A DNA stretch of 64,000 bases, taken from the human T2T-CHM13v2.0 reference genome, Homo sapiens. This document shows positions 14,891-28,830 of the stretch, one piece after another. Numbering within the stretch: the stretch's first letter is position 1; every line of letters begins with the position of its first letter. The notes below the pieces were generated by a model. The model had not been told where the DNA came from. It worked only from the letters and a program-made list of their open reading frames with translations, and ran no database searches. Made by a program: the position numbers and the translations under genes. The stretch is taken from NCBI RefSeq assembly GCF_009914755.1, contig NC_060937.1; one strand, given 5' to 3'.

Positions 14891-16757
14891 TGATTCATGT
14901 TCTAATACTCTTTCTAAACATAGTGTGACATCTTGCTGAATAAATATGGGCTTTTTTTCATTTTGTACAAAATTGACTGTTTCAGAGTCAAAAAGTGGCA
15001 TATTTTATAAGAAAGGATGGAGCCTTTCTCAGAATTCTTGATATTCGTGCAAGAAATTAAACCCCCTCCCTTCAAAAAATGAGATCATTTTAAAAGAATT
15101 CAACATGTTTTATTTTTCTTACTTAGCTCTTATAGTTATATTAATTACTCAGAAATGTAGCTTTAAAAATAGGATATTTTACACATAACTGAGAAAATTC
15201 ATGCTTGGACATTACTGCCTTGCAGCTATGGTTCTTTGGGGAATGGGGTGACCTGTTCAACCATTTTGAATCTTCTCACAGTGTAACATTAATCAGAAAA
15301 TTACAGTTCCTGAGGGAAGTTGTCTGGGAACATGATGTTCTGTACAGAGGGAGTGGGAACCTATGAGGAGAGGGAGGGAGGTAGAGTCATCTTACTCCGT
15401 TGCCGGTGAAATCACAGGAATCCATGAGAAGCCCCAAGTCGTGCTGATGAAAGGGACACAGCATAATACAACTCTAAAGCCTCTCACAGCCCAGTGATGC
15501 ACTTCCATTATCTTCTTGCTAAGCTACGACAATTTTCATTGCCTTTGGAAGAAAAAAATAAATAAAGTGCTCTTTTTTATTTGGATTGAAACACACCATT
15601 TTGAACGCTGTTTGTGCTGGTTCTGCTTAATGAAGCAGCTTAGGCACCTCATGACTGGCATAGCCAGAGATGGGGGAAATAAGACCAGCTTGCATAGCTG
15701 TCTAGATGTGCACAGTGGCATGGAAGACCTTTGATTGGCTTTAGAAAATAATGGCTGATGTTCTCTGTGGATCTTGCAAGAGAATCTTACTGGGAAAAAA
15801 AGGGAGACATGTTTCATTTATGCCACTTCCTTCTGTTACTGGCAGCCCTGCAAATGAACTGGAACAGGTGGGCACACCAATAAGCAAAGAACGTATTTTA
15901 TAGCCTGTCATACTCCACTTATCTTATTTTGATGAAGATATATAAAGGGAGGATCATATTTATACTTGATCTTGTGTTTGGGATCTGTAAAGCACTAACA
16001 AAATAAGAGGTACAATTTCTCTTTGGTAAGTTAGTTGACTATTAAAACTGAGAATAATTTTCTTGCAATTTCACAGAACTGTTTTTCATCGGTGGCAGTC
16101 ATCATTTGGGGCAGGAAAAGGAGAAGCAGTCTATCAAAAACAGATAAAGAAAAGCCACACCACAGCCTGCTGTTTCTGCTATTTTGGATGATCAAGCTTG
16201 TGCACAAATGAAATCATGACAGATTCATTTATATGAAATGGCCATTGCTGATCTCCTTGCCAGAAACTAGATTGCTTTTTTATTTAGGAGATTTTCAGAG
16301 CAGTCCTTAGCTTTTTTAGTTAGTGGCAAAATGGCACCTGGCCAAACTGCCTCTTCTCATCCAATTGGTGTTGCCAGTATCTTGGGATGCATGCATTAAA
16401 ATATATTTGCAGTCAATTGAAAAAAATATTTTTCATTTTAAGTGTCTTAATCATTTGCAAACTTGGAATGGGTAATATCCCATTAGTCTAATACTAAGAG
16501 TCATACCTGGAATGGTATAAATTTTGCAATCACTAAGCATAGGGTTAGGATTAAAAACAACAACAAAAACAACCTATGGATACTTTTTCATTTAATGGCA
16601 TTTGCTATTATTGATCATCTCTGGAATGCTGAAAACATTTTTGTTTGCTGGTTGTTCATGCCAAATTTATTGAACGACTGAACTCAATAAATTGATTGAT
16701 TGGAGAACATAAAGGTATTAGGTAGTTACAAAAAAGAATCCTTCTTTAGAACTGTAA

Positions 16758-17156
<399 letters not shown>

Positions 17157-17688
17157 GGCATGGGGTAACTTTTACGCTGCCAGCACACGTTCAGAAATTC
17201 TTAGCAAGGGACATTGGAAGAATTATTATCAGATAAGTGGACATGCTTCAGAATTTTATTTTGCAGTTTGCTTCTCTTCTTTTTTTCTTGGAGGTACCAG
17301 CTGTTGGTGTGTTTAGTGAACCAATAAATTGATTCATTTACCTAATGCTATGTACAAGGTACCTGTGCAAGGAGCTGGAGGTTTAGAGCAAAACAAAGAT
17401 CTCTGCCTTCATGAGCTTACATTCTAATGCAACACTCTTCTTCCTTGCCCTACTCTTCTTCATAGCCAGCCAAGAAAGAGAGAGGAATTAAACAGTGATG
17501 ATAAAAACATCAAGTTTTACTGCTGATTTAGCTGATTAGAGAATATGGCTGTCAATGTAGCACCCCAAAGGGGTTTGCTAATTAATCTTTTACTTCTTTA
17601 CTAGACTTGGATGTCTATGAGGGGTACAGCCATATCTGTTTGGTTTACCATTATCTATAGAGGGCCCAGCATGGTGAAAAAAAATAGC

Positions 17689-17738
<50 letters not shown>

Positions 17739-17842
17739 ATATATATACACACAGATATATACATGTATATATGTAAATAAACATTTAACTATATATACAT
17801 ATACCTATATATTTATATGTACGTATCTGTATATATAGCTTA

Positions 17843-17881
<39 letters not shown>
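17689..17881. repeat. (TG)~19 and (CA)~18 microsatellites around a TA-rich low-complexity spacer
   Basis: TG run 17698-17736 and CA run 17846-17881 read directly. Confidence 0.95.
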
Positions 17882-17883
<2 letters not shown>

Positions 17884-17884
17884 A

Positions 17885-18528
17885 TAGTCTATCCTCATTA
17901 TTCACGGTAATGATGTTCTATAAAGTTGCTGTGAAAGCTGAATTAATTAATACTAATTGCTTTTAGAGGCAATACAGGTTTAGATTCCTGCAAGCCTCCA
18001 GTCACAGTATTTTCATCAATGAATTGATATATATCCTTGTTTTATGTGTGTTTCTGTTGAATAACACACGTGGACATTTCCACTTGTGTTTATTTAATAT
18101 GTATTGTCAATTCATTAACACTGCCATGACATTATAACTCATGCCTGAACAAAACTCATCTGACACATGTATTTTCTTCATAAGGCACATCTCAGCCTTC
18201 TTGTGCTTAGGACTACCGGGCACCCTGTCAGCATGGTGCTTGAGACCATTTTAGATAGTGAAATCACCAACAAAAGCACAGAAATGCAAAACACATGGCA
18301 CTAAATAGACCATGAAAAAAACACTTGTTTGCAGCATGAGAACTGAAACAAGAGGGTGGAGAGTAGCCTTGTTCCACCTCCGTTGGGAATAGCTCAAATT
18401 ATTTGCCACATTGAACATGCAGTATGAATGACCGCAAAAGTTCTCTGAATATTGGCTTTGGCATTATGAACGATTTTAGCAAGTAGGCGATTTTGCAGAT
18501 ACAAAATCTGCAAATTGAGGATTGACTG
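17885..18528 (-). mobile_element. MER82 (Tigger-family non-autonomous DNA transposon), near full length
   Basis: Terminal inverted repeats tagtctatcctca / tgaggattgactg followed by TA; internal tataactcatgcctgaac, taaggcacatctcagccttcttgtgcttagga and ggcactaaatagacc match recalled MER82. Confidence 0.85.
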
Positions 18529-19594
18529 TATATATGATATATGTTAAATTGTGCCTTCTGTCTTGCTCAGTGAGTTCTGAGCTTTATCTTTGGATGAGTT
18601 GCAATCCAAAGCCTGGAAATGGCATTTTTGGCTCCAGGCAGGGAAGCAAGATAAGCCCTGTCTCCTTAAGTGGTAGCTCAGCAATCTGACCTCCTCTTTC
18701 TTCCTTTTCTGCCTATAACCTGGTAGGTGCTATAAGAGATGCAAATGGTTTAATGCTTCAATCAGCCACCATGCCTTGTAACTGGCCATGTCCCAGGTGC
18801 TGCAAATACTGAGCTGGAGAGGAAATGTTGGAAGAGAGGAGGCCGGCAGTAACAGTGTGCAAAAACAAGAAAACAAGCTGTCTGAGCTCTACCAGGTGGT
18901 AACAGGGCCACGCTCTCTGTTTTGTGCCAGGTTCTTGCTTCTCGACTCTAACTCCAGGCTTCACTGGGTCATTCCACACTTCAGAAACCTGCCGGCCTTA
19001 GCTTCCTCAAGATCAAACCCTTCTCAGCCAACTGGCTGTCCTTTCAAGGCAGGAGGGATCTGACCCATGTCTGCATCTTTGGAAGTCTAAAGCTCAGCAC
19101 CAGGGGCATGAAACGCCCCGATAAATGCCTTCTTGATTGATTAACTGTCTTGAGGCTTTTTACAGATTCTAAGTCAGACTTTTTTTCTAGTGTCAATTGA
19201 ATAGGCGGATGCCTAAAATGCCTTTATTGTGGAGAAGAGCCTTTCATTCTGTAATTATAGAGGCAAGGAAAAGATCATAAAAATATTCAGATGTAACAAT
19301 TTAGTGTGAATGCTTTTCAGTTAAAATGTAATTAGTCAACAAATGTAAATCACTAATTATGAGTTCCTTTTCCGTTTTAATGTGAAACCATCCTTCAAGA
19401 CTCTGCCACAGGAAGAGACCTTAATACTGAAGCTGCATAAAAGTGTAGGGGGGAAGTAGAATGGCCTTTTATAGAACAAAACAAAAGAGAAAATGTGACC
19501 ATTTTGCATCTGATTGAGCCTAGACAGAGAAAAGATGGGTTATGATATGTGGTATTTGCAAAGGCATCAGGTCTGTTTGGCATGATGTTTTGAT

Positions 19595-19651
19595 GATAGA
19601 TAGATAAATGGAGGTAGATAGATGGATGGATAGATAGAGAGGTAGGCAGAT
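19595..19651. repeat. (TAGA/TGGA)n simple repeat
   Basis: gatagatagataaatggaggtagatagatggatggatagataga. Confidence 0.85.
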
Positions 19652-19667
19652 AAATTTGTATAAAAGA

Positions 19668-20123
19668 GTATATTTGTTTTGTTTTCAAGGGCTGCCATAA
19701 CAAAGTACCACAAACTGGGTGGCCTAAAACAACAGTTTATTGTCTATAGTTCTGGAGGCTAGAAGTCCAAAGTCAAGGTGTCATAGGCCATGCTCCCTCT
19801 AAAACATGTAGTGAGAAGCTTTCCTTTACTCTTCTAGCTTCTGGTGTTTTGCTGGCAGTCTTTGGCCTTCTTTGGCTGTGGATGCATCACTCCAGTCTCT
19901 GCCTCCATCACGCATAGTCGTCTTCTCCTCGTGTTTGTGTCCACATGGCATTTCCCTCTTCCTATAAGGACACCAGTTTTGTTGCTTTAGGGCCCACTCC
20001 AATGATCTCATCTTAAATTGATTGCACCTGCAAAGACTCTATTTCCAAATAAGGCCATATTCACAAGTACTAAGGGATAGGGCTTCCTCATGTCTTTTGA
20101 GGGGACACAATTTAACCCCATAA
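19668..20123 (-). mobile_element. MLT1C-like MaLR LTR
   Basis: gggctgccataacaaagtaccacaaactgggtggc...gatgcatcactccagtctctgcctcc...ggggacacaattt. Confidence 0.9.
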
Positions 20124-20229
20124 TGAAAGAGTTACGCTATCATTCATAAAAATCCTGTATATAAGTTTGGGGTACAACCTCATAGTTATAGCTTAGGTTT
20201 CCTTTGGACTGCTTCCCTTCCTGCTGCAG

Positions 20230-20354
20230 GTTTTCCTTAAGTTTTCCAGTCAACAGCAGCAAACAACTCACTTGGTATCTGCCTGTGCTGACACTTTGTG
20301 TTCTAACCAGCTTCATTCTGGCTGGGCAGGGGGAAAGAGTGCTGGGAGTCCCTG
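20230..20354 (+). other. Candidate internal exon (125 nt), unvalidated
   Basis: Acceptor gcttcccttcctgctgcag|G and donor CTG|gtgagt; two reading frames open. Confidence 0.25.
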
Positions 20355-21569
20355 GTGAGTACCCGGGTTTATATGAGGGGATTACGGTACATCTTTGAAG
20401 AAAAAAAGTCAAATGTTTGTGTTTGGAAGGGCTCCTGTGTTATGCCTGCTTTTCTGGAGATCTTTATGCATCCTCCTCTTCTTTATTCTCCTCACTCTCC
20501 CCACATCCTTTATGTGGTCCTGTTTCTTTGTCAGATTCATGATATACTTGCTGAATGTACTATAACATATCACTTAGACTCGGTGGATGAGGAATTTTTA
20601 TTTGAAAAATTTATTTTGCTTATTTTGCTAGTTTGGTGAATACTTGGGGGAATATCTAACTTTAGAGCAACAAATACACATTTTAAATATTGAAACATAG
20701 CCGATAATTGATGGTCATATATGTACTAGTATCAAGTTTATAACTGCTTCATCATCATAGTGACCATGTTTGTCCTTTTTACATCATTTTCTGTTATGTG
20801 CATTGATATGATGAGCAGTTCCTCAACCTCTAGACCACAAATGCTGTATCAATGGATATTTGGTGCGTTTTACTTATAAGCATGATTTCATTTGGTTTTG
20901 AAACATTTCTGCATAGACAAGGAATAGTATAGTTATTTTTACATTGCCTGAATGGAGTGAAATAAAGAAAGTGTGAACCATTTGCTGAGTTCACGTGGTT
21001 AGTGAATGAGAATGTCTTCTAAACATGGTTTTCTTAGCTCCAGTTTGACCTTTTTTCCTACTCCATTACCACCTTTCATGCAGTTGAACCTTTGTTTTTC
21101 TTCTACTCTTATGAAAATGCAGCCACAAATAATTTACTCCCTGTGATGCTTTATTGAGAGTTCCTGACCAATATGAGACCCCAGTTATGATGCCTCCTCT
21201 GGAGGTTACTTACAGGTAGAAATCAGAGTTGCATATTAAAGCTAATAACAAATGTTAACATCAATATTAACAAATGATAAATATTCAATATTTATCATTG
21301 AATTATTAAAATATCTTTGGGCTGTTGCACAAAAAGTCCCTTTGTATAGTTCACTGTAAAAATAGGATTATCTTTAGTACCACAGTTAAAAAAGAAGAGA
21401 GATTCGTAAATTGTTTTGTCACCAATTCATTAATGACTTCCTCTCTTCCTGTGGAGAAATTTAGTTATTGTCAATGCCCCAAATCTTCAGGGGAGGGAAA
21501 AGATCTGCAGTGCTTTACAATCTGCTGAAGTTGCATTGCAAATCTGATTATAATATTCACTTACTTAGA

Positions 21570-22040
21570 ATATTTCAATAACTTTCATTTTACTCAAGGT
21601 AAAAACCAAGCTCCTCCTGAGCATGGTAGGTAGGTCTTTTATGATCTGACCTCTGCAATACTCAAATGACATGTAGTCACCTGAATGTGCCATTTTTCTT
21701 CTCACCTTGGCTCATGGTGTTGCTTCTGCCTAGAGGCCCTGTGTGCTTGATTTGCCCTATGACCTGCATTCATCTCTGAGGTTCTTTCTTAGTAATCACT
21801 AGTAAAGGTGTTCCTAACTCACCAAGAAGAATTGAATGCCTTCCGTCTCCATGTTTCCATAGTATTTTGAAAACGACTCTGGTAAAACAGTACACATATT
21901 GTTTGTTTGCATATCTATTTTCCATGCTACACTGTGAGCTCTTTGAGGTCAAGAACACTGTCTTTTCATCTTTACATGTCCAGTTTATAAATTTAGATAT
22001 TTGGCATGTAGATAAGTAAATGTTTATTGAAAGAATGCAT
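21570..22040 (+). mobile_element. L2 3' region
   Basis: actgtgagctctttgaggtcaagaacactgtcttttcatc...gtaaatgtttattgaaagaatg. Confidence 0.75.
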
Positions 22041-23374
22041 GTTTTCATGCCTTGGCTCATTTTCTCCACAATTCAGCTTTTTCATATCTTTACATAATTT
22101 GTTTTATCATTCATGAAATAATTATCACCTCCTTCTGAATATATTGCACGTTTCATGCTTCCCTGAATAACACTGATTCATTTTAACACTATTTATCTTA
22201 GAAGTCTTTTTGTAATTAAAACAAAATTACAGCACAGTGTTAAGATATACTTTTTGTCATGCACTCTCAGCCAGTAAGAGCGATGGCAGTCTGTCCTGGC
22301 CAGACTGCTTAGCACATCGCATTGCAAACTCTCAGGCAGTGAGCCACTGAGCTATTCTGAGTTGAGTGGGTTCTGCAACACGTGTAGTTTGGTCTTCAGT
22401 GGCCTCTCTTTTGTCATATATTTTATATTTTGGTGAGCATTTCTGCAAAACAGGAGAATCCTTTTGATGTTGCAATGTGAGTTTTATAGCAGCTTCAGAG
22501 TTCTCCAAGAGGTGTTCTAGAAAATAGAGGACAATATTTATCAGGAAACTAGGACTTGGTAGAAGATCCTTGACACAAGGCATGGCACATATGTATCACA
22601 ACAGACTGGGCAGGGTGTTCAACAGTTAAGAATGATGTCTGGAAGAAATATTGCAGAAGGTGTGTCAGAATTTCAAGAGATTTTGAGAAGGATGAAGGAG
22701 CAATTGCCACTATGTGATAGGTCTCCATGGGCATGATAATTTGATGACTTCATGTCATGTGAATTGCATTAGAACTAATTCTGTTAGAGCTCCTGTTTGT
22801 AGGAATGCACCCATTCACCCATCATTCCCCACTCCTCTCCTGTAAATGAGGTATGTGTATACTTGTGGAATTAAATGCAAGGTAACCAAGCACTGGATAG
22901 GAAGGAATCAAGAAACTAGCCAAAGGCAATAATAAAAAATAGATTCTCCCATTTATCTTTTACTTTTAAAATAAGTTTTCTCCTTTTGACTTGCTTTCTT
23001 AAGCATCAAGTCCTACCACTTAGCTTATGTAATACTATCAAAACATCACAAGTAATATACTTTTAAATATGGACATTGAAGGAAACCTAAATATTTTATG
23101 GTAAGAGCACTAAAATGAAATAAATATATAATTGAAATTAAAATCATCAATGGGGAATAGAACACATACAAAGCCTTTTTTTTCTTATTTTTCAGGAGCT
23201 CATATATTTCTACCAAGGTTTTCCAGGTTTTTGGAAAGTAGTCATCCAGACAGAATCCATGAAGCTACAAACTCTTTTCTCCTTAAGAATGAGGGTCCCC
23301 TCTTCATTCTAATTCGGGTATTTTACTTTAAATCAAAATGCCCATTCATTCATGAGCTTTCACTCAGTTACTCA

Positions 23375-23995
23375 GTTTCATGCATTCATTCCAAACATAT
23401 TTAGAGAATTCCCATGATGTGCCTAGGACTGTTCTGGGTCTTGGGTCCTGGGTCCAAAAAAAGTTTCTTTCCTTGGTGATCTTGTTTTTTAGTGGAGAAG
23501 ACAGGAGATGACAAAATAAAAGTGGATGCTGTCAGGTAGTAACAAGCACGGTGAAAAATAATAAAGTGAGTAGATTGGCTGGAGAGTGTGCTGGGGTCCG
23601 GTGGAGTGAGGGTGACTGTCTGATATGGGGTGGACAGTCAAGACCTCTGAAGAGGTGACATTTGGGTACCTGGAAAAAATGAGTGCCAGCCATTTCGATT
23701 TTTTCAGGAAGAGCATTCCAAGCAGAAGGAAGAGTAGGTGCAAAGTCTCTGTGGAAGGAGCCCGCCCCACAAGTTTGAGAACCAGCCAGGAGGCCAGTGT
23801 GGCTGGAGCAGAATGGAGGCTGTACTTTGCTGGCCACTGTAAGGATTTCTGTCTTATTCTCCCTGTGATGGTACACTTCCTCTAACGTAGGTTTTAGAGG
23901 GATCAGTCTGGATACTGTGTCGAGAATAGACTAGAAGGGGTGATGAACATGGAAGTAAGGTCAATTATGAGGTCACTGCCGTATTCTAGGTGACT
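23375..23995 (-). mobile_element. L2a-like 3' region
   Basis: cattcattccaaacatattt...gaagaggtgacatttg...ggaagagcattccaagcagaagg...ggaggccagtgtggctggagcag. Confidence 0.85.
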
Positions 23996-24589
23996 GCATA
24001 GCACGACCTGTGGGTTTCCAACTTGTTTCATTCCCCAAACATGCGATTGTATCTTGGCTGCAACAATCCAAATTATCCACATGCATTAAATATTCTAAGC
24101 CTGTTATTCCAATTTTACACTTCATAAAGACTGGATTCAAAACTACCTAAGGGACTATTCATATTCATATTACAAGTGTGTGTTTCCCATAAAGCATCAT
24201 CTTTCTCTAGCTAGTTCAGTAATATGAAATCCAATTACAATGACCATATTTATTAGAGATAAGTTTTTTTTGCCACAGTTGACATCACCAAACAAACGAA
24301 TTCCAAAAGCATGGAATATTTCCAATCAAAATGAAGATGTCTTCATTCATATTCACTTTTATTTTAATGAAACTTAAGAAAGCCAATTCCTATTGAATCA
24401 TTATACCTGTAAATGATTTCAATGAATCAGTTTCCAAACACAAAACACAATTACATAAATTTAAAATATAAAGCCTGATGTCATTTGCTAGTATTTCATT
24501 TAGAAATATTATACACATTAAATGGGCACACGATTTGTTTTTGACAAACATCCTTTTACATAATGAATTTACAATAAACCCTGAAGTGA

Positions 24590-24935
24590 CATCTTAGTCC
24601 CTTTGAGTTGCTGTAACAAAATACCATCAACTGGATAGCATACAAATGATAGAAATTTATTTCTCACAGTTTGGGAGGCTGGGAAGTCCAAGATGAAGGT
24701 GCTGATAGGTTCAATGTCTGCTAACAGCCCACTTCCTGGTTCGTAGATGGTGACTTTTTCTGGGTCCTTAGACGGCAAAAGGGGTGAGGGAGTTTTCTCC
24801 AGCCTCTTTTATAAGGGCACCGGTCCCATTCATGAGGGATCTGCCCTCGTGACCTGATTATCTTCAAATACCATTACACTGCACATTAGGAATTAATGTA
24901 TGAATTTGGAGGGGACATAAACATTCAATCCATTG
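24590..24935 (-). mobile_element. MLT1A/A0-like MaLR LTR
   Basis: tcttagtcc...aaatttatttctcacagtttgggaggctgggaagtccaagat...ggggacataaacattca. Confidence 0.9.
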
Positions 24936-25169
24936 ATCACATAATAAAATAAACATAATTCATGCTGGTATATAAGATTGGTGGCCCTCATTTTTTTCCA
25001 TTGAGCAATATTCAAGATAGGTGCCACTAACCTACTATACACATCAAAATAATGTACAAAATGGGATGTGTAATTCTGGAATATTATTGTGGATGAATAT
25101 TGTAGCAGATTTTTGGGGGGATAAAGAGGGAGAAGTTGTGGTTTGCTGATATGATCTATCTGTCAGGAG

Positions 25170-25400
25170 AGGGGTAAGTATGACTACCGGCCCTAGTGAG
25201 AGACTACCTACCTGGGTGAGAGCCCACCTTCTGCCTTCTATATGCATGTAACTAAAGGCAAATGACCTGTCGAAGCCTCTTCTCTGTCAAATGGGAATAA
25301 GCATGGCACCAGCCTCTTAGATCATTGTGAGGATTAGATAGCTAAAATGTTTAAAGTGCTAGCACAGAAGCATAGCAAGGAATAAATACATGTGAGCTTT
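25170..25400 (+). mobile_element. MIR
   Basis: ctctgtcaaatgggaataag...cattgtgaggattagatag...aaagtgctagcacag. Confidence 0.65.
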
Positions 25401-27139
25401 TATTATTATATCCTGCAGTTTGCTGCCTAAAACCTTGAAGAGCTCTGCTCTTTTTTTTTGAATTAAATGTCCTAAAGAAATCTCTCTTTGGCATATATGA
25501 GAATATCTGCCAAGTCCATATTTGGCTTTTCAAAGATAAAATGTTTATGCAACAAAGAAGTTCATACACAGGCTTCATTACTAAAAATTTTAGTCAACTA
25601 AATATTAGTTTCATGTCGTTCTTATAAATTGCTCTTGTTTTCCTGAGTTTCCTTTCTTATTTGTAAAAAAATGAAAAATCAATATTTGCATCTTTAAATC
25701 ATAGATATGCAAAATAGTTCATTGTAAACCTTCTGTGTGTGTGTGTGTATGTGTATATGTGTGTGCAAATACAGCGAGAGACCCCTAACCCTACTCCTTC
25801 CCATAGCCCTGCACAGACACCTCAGGCGGGACAGTAAATAACCATTCTCTACTAACCCCAGACCGTCAGCTGAATTGCAGGTACAATTTGGTGTCCAGGC
25901 CAATTACCAGAATGATTTTTTGGGGAGAGATACATATCACAAATGGTGGCTTCCAGGGCTTTTCAATAGGTTAAATATTAGGAAACACAGCTTTTCCCTA
26001 TAGGTAGGTGAATTTCTTTCATTTATTGCACAAGCCCTTACTGAGCATGCTCTGTTATTCACACACGTCTGCTTGGTGCTGTGGATGTTTCAAAGGATAG
26101 AGAAAAACAAGTCAGTGCCCCCCGAGAACCCCCAGAGAGATGAAGGAGATCTTCATATGGAAACACAAAATAGGAAATAGCCACTTGTGTAGGTCAAATA
26201 TTGGTTAGTCCATGATTCAACCTAAATTGTATTTTTAAAAAGGGTAAAATTAAAAAAAAAATGGCCACCTTGCTGTAAGACCCCTGCTTCAGGCAGGGGT
26301 CTCGTCAACCTGTCACAGCTGTATAATTATGTAAAGCTAATAAGCTTCATAACCTCATTTCAGGGTTATATTGTTCGCACTGCCTCTATTTGTGTTTTTT
26401 GAATCCAGCTCGTAAAGTCTATAATTAGGAGGAAGCATCAAAGTGCCTACTTACACACTTTTTATTTGTTTTCTAAGGTTGTAATTGTCTATAAGTGCTT
26501 GCATGGCTGACAATTCAGCAAACAGAATGGTTTCCAAATACTCTCATTGCAGCTTTCTTGATGTTTCTTTCTGTTTCATTCCTCACCTTGAAGCAATTCA
26601 GTTTTTCCCAGCTTTAATTCCACTCAAAAGTAGGAAAATGTTTATTTTCAATTAGAGTCTTACATAGCTTGATGGTTTCCCTTTGCCATTTTAAAGGGAC
26701 TAGAGGAAATTAAAATCCGAGACAGTAAGTCATTTGACTTTTTTTAGTAAAATGATTGCTACTTTCTTCTCTTTATTGAAAGGGTTTTGAGATTTATCTC
26801 TGGAGTCAACTGCTTCTGTGTTCCTGGTGCTCTATGCAGTTAGCTGATGAGAGCTCTTCTGAAGTTGGTCCCTGTTCTCCATGTGTCTTTTAAAGAATTT
26901 CTTTTGCTTGTTTCCTTAAATAGTATGTTGCACAAGTTGAACTTAATTGATTTTGGTGATACATGCTTACTCCTGAATAAATGATAAATATGACTGCCTA
27001 TCTTTTGCAAGGGTTTTAGTTCTGTTCTGTATAACATTAACATTGATAAACTAGTAGAGTTGTTCTCTACACATATGAAATATCTGGGGATAATGTAAAA
27101 ATTCTGAGGTCCAATCAAATCTTGAAATAATTACAGCAG

Positions 27140-27220
27140 AATTGGGGGTAGGATTTGAGCCTCAGGAATTTTTAAAGCTTCCCAGGTGATTCCAATATTT
27201 GGCTAAGAATGAAATCCATA
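27140..27220. mobile_element. MER5-like hAT fragment
   Basis: ctcaggaatttttaaagcttcccaggtgattccaatat. Confidence 0.55.
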
Positions 27221-27299
27221 GTTAGAACGGATATACTTAGGTGAAAGTATAGTTGGTGGGGACATAGAAATTCATACTTAACCAGGAGAACAAACATGG

Positions 27300-27500
27300 T
27301 GCATTGGAATTAAATGGAGCTGGGTCTGAATTCCAGTCTATCACTTGTTATGTGACCTCGGATGAATCACTGAAATATGTCTGAGCTTCTGTTTCATCAG
27401 ATGTCACATTTTATAAGTGATAGTGCTATTGTGAGGATTAAATAAGATAGTACCTGTCAAATACTCAGTATCAGTAGATCTCAATGAAGGTTAGCTTCTT
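27300..27500 (+). mobile_element. MIR
   Basis: ctgggtctgaattccag...tgtgacctcggatgaatcact...ttgtgaggattaaataagata. Confidence 0.7.
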
Positions 27501-27679
27501 TCTCCCCTCCTTTTTTAATATAGAGTTTATTTCAGGGAAGACTTCACAATGATGAAAATATGTGATTTTTCTCCACTGGTGGTGTTTTATTAGTTCATTT
27601 ATTTTGTTATTTGATTTTTATATTATTAGTCATAGTACATATTACTTTTATAATACATTATTTATATTATGATATATTA

Positions 27680-28130
27680 TTTTAATTTTGAAATAAATTT
27701 AGCATTACAAAAACATTACAAAGATAGAACTGAGAGTTTTTGTATATCCTTTATTCAGCTTTCCCTAATATTTAACATCTTGCATAATTATAGGACCTTT
27801 ATTAGAACTGAGAAATCTACATTGGTACAATGCTATTATTTCACCAGAGCTCCATAAAGATCCTTTGTCTGTTCCAGGATCGAATCCAGGATCCCACATT
27901 GCATTTAGTTTTTATGTTTCCTTTGACTCCTACAATCTGTGGCAATTCTTGGACTTGTCTTGCTTTCTTGACCTTGACACTTTGAGAGTACTGATCAGTT
28001 GTGTTCTAGAATACCTCACAATTTGGGATTATCTGATGCCTACTCATGGACAGATTGAGTTTAGGCATTTTTGGCAACAATACCATAGAAGTAATGTACC
28101 CTTTTCAATATGAGGGGTACATGATGTTGG
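27680..28130 (-). mobile_element. L1MC-like 3' fragment
   Basis: ttttgaaataaattt...gtctgttccaggatcgaatccaggatcccacattgcatttag...gaccttgacactttgagagtac. Confidence 0.8.
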
Positions 28131-28191
28131 TATCTGTGGGGTTCTTTACATAATTAATAATAGTTAGGGATATGAGACACATTTGAGGGTG

Positions 28192-28830
<639 letters not shown>

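Noticed and set aside
19093-19110. REST-like tcagcaccaggggcat
   Set aside because: Only the left half-site matches; the GGACAG right half is absent
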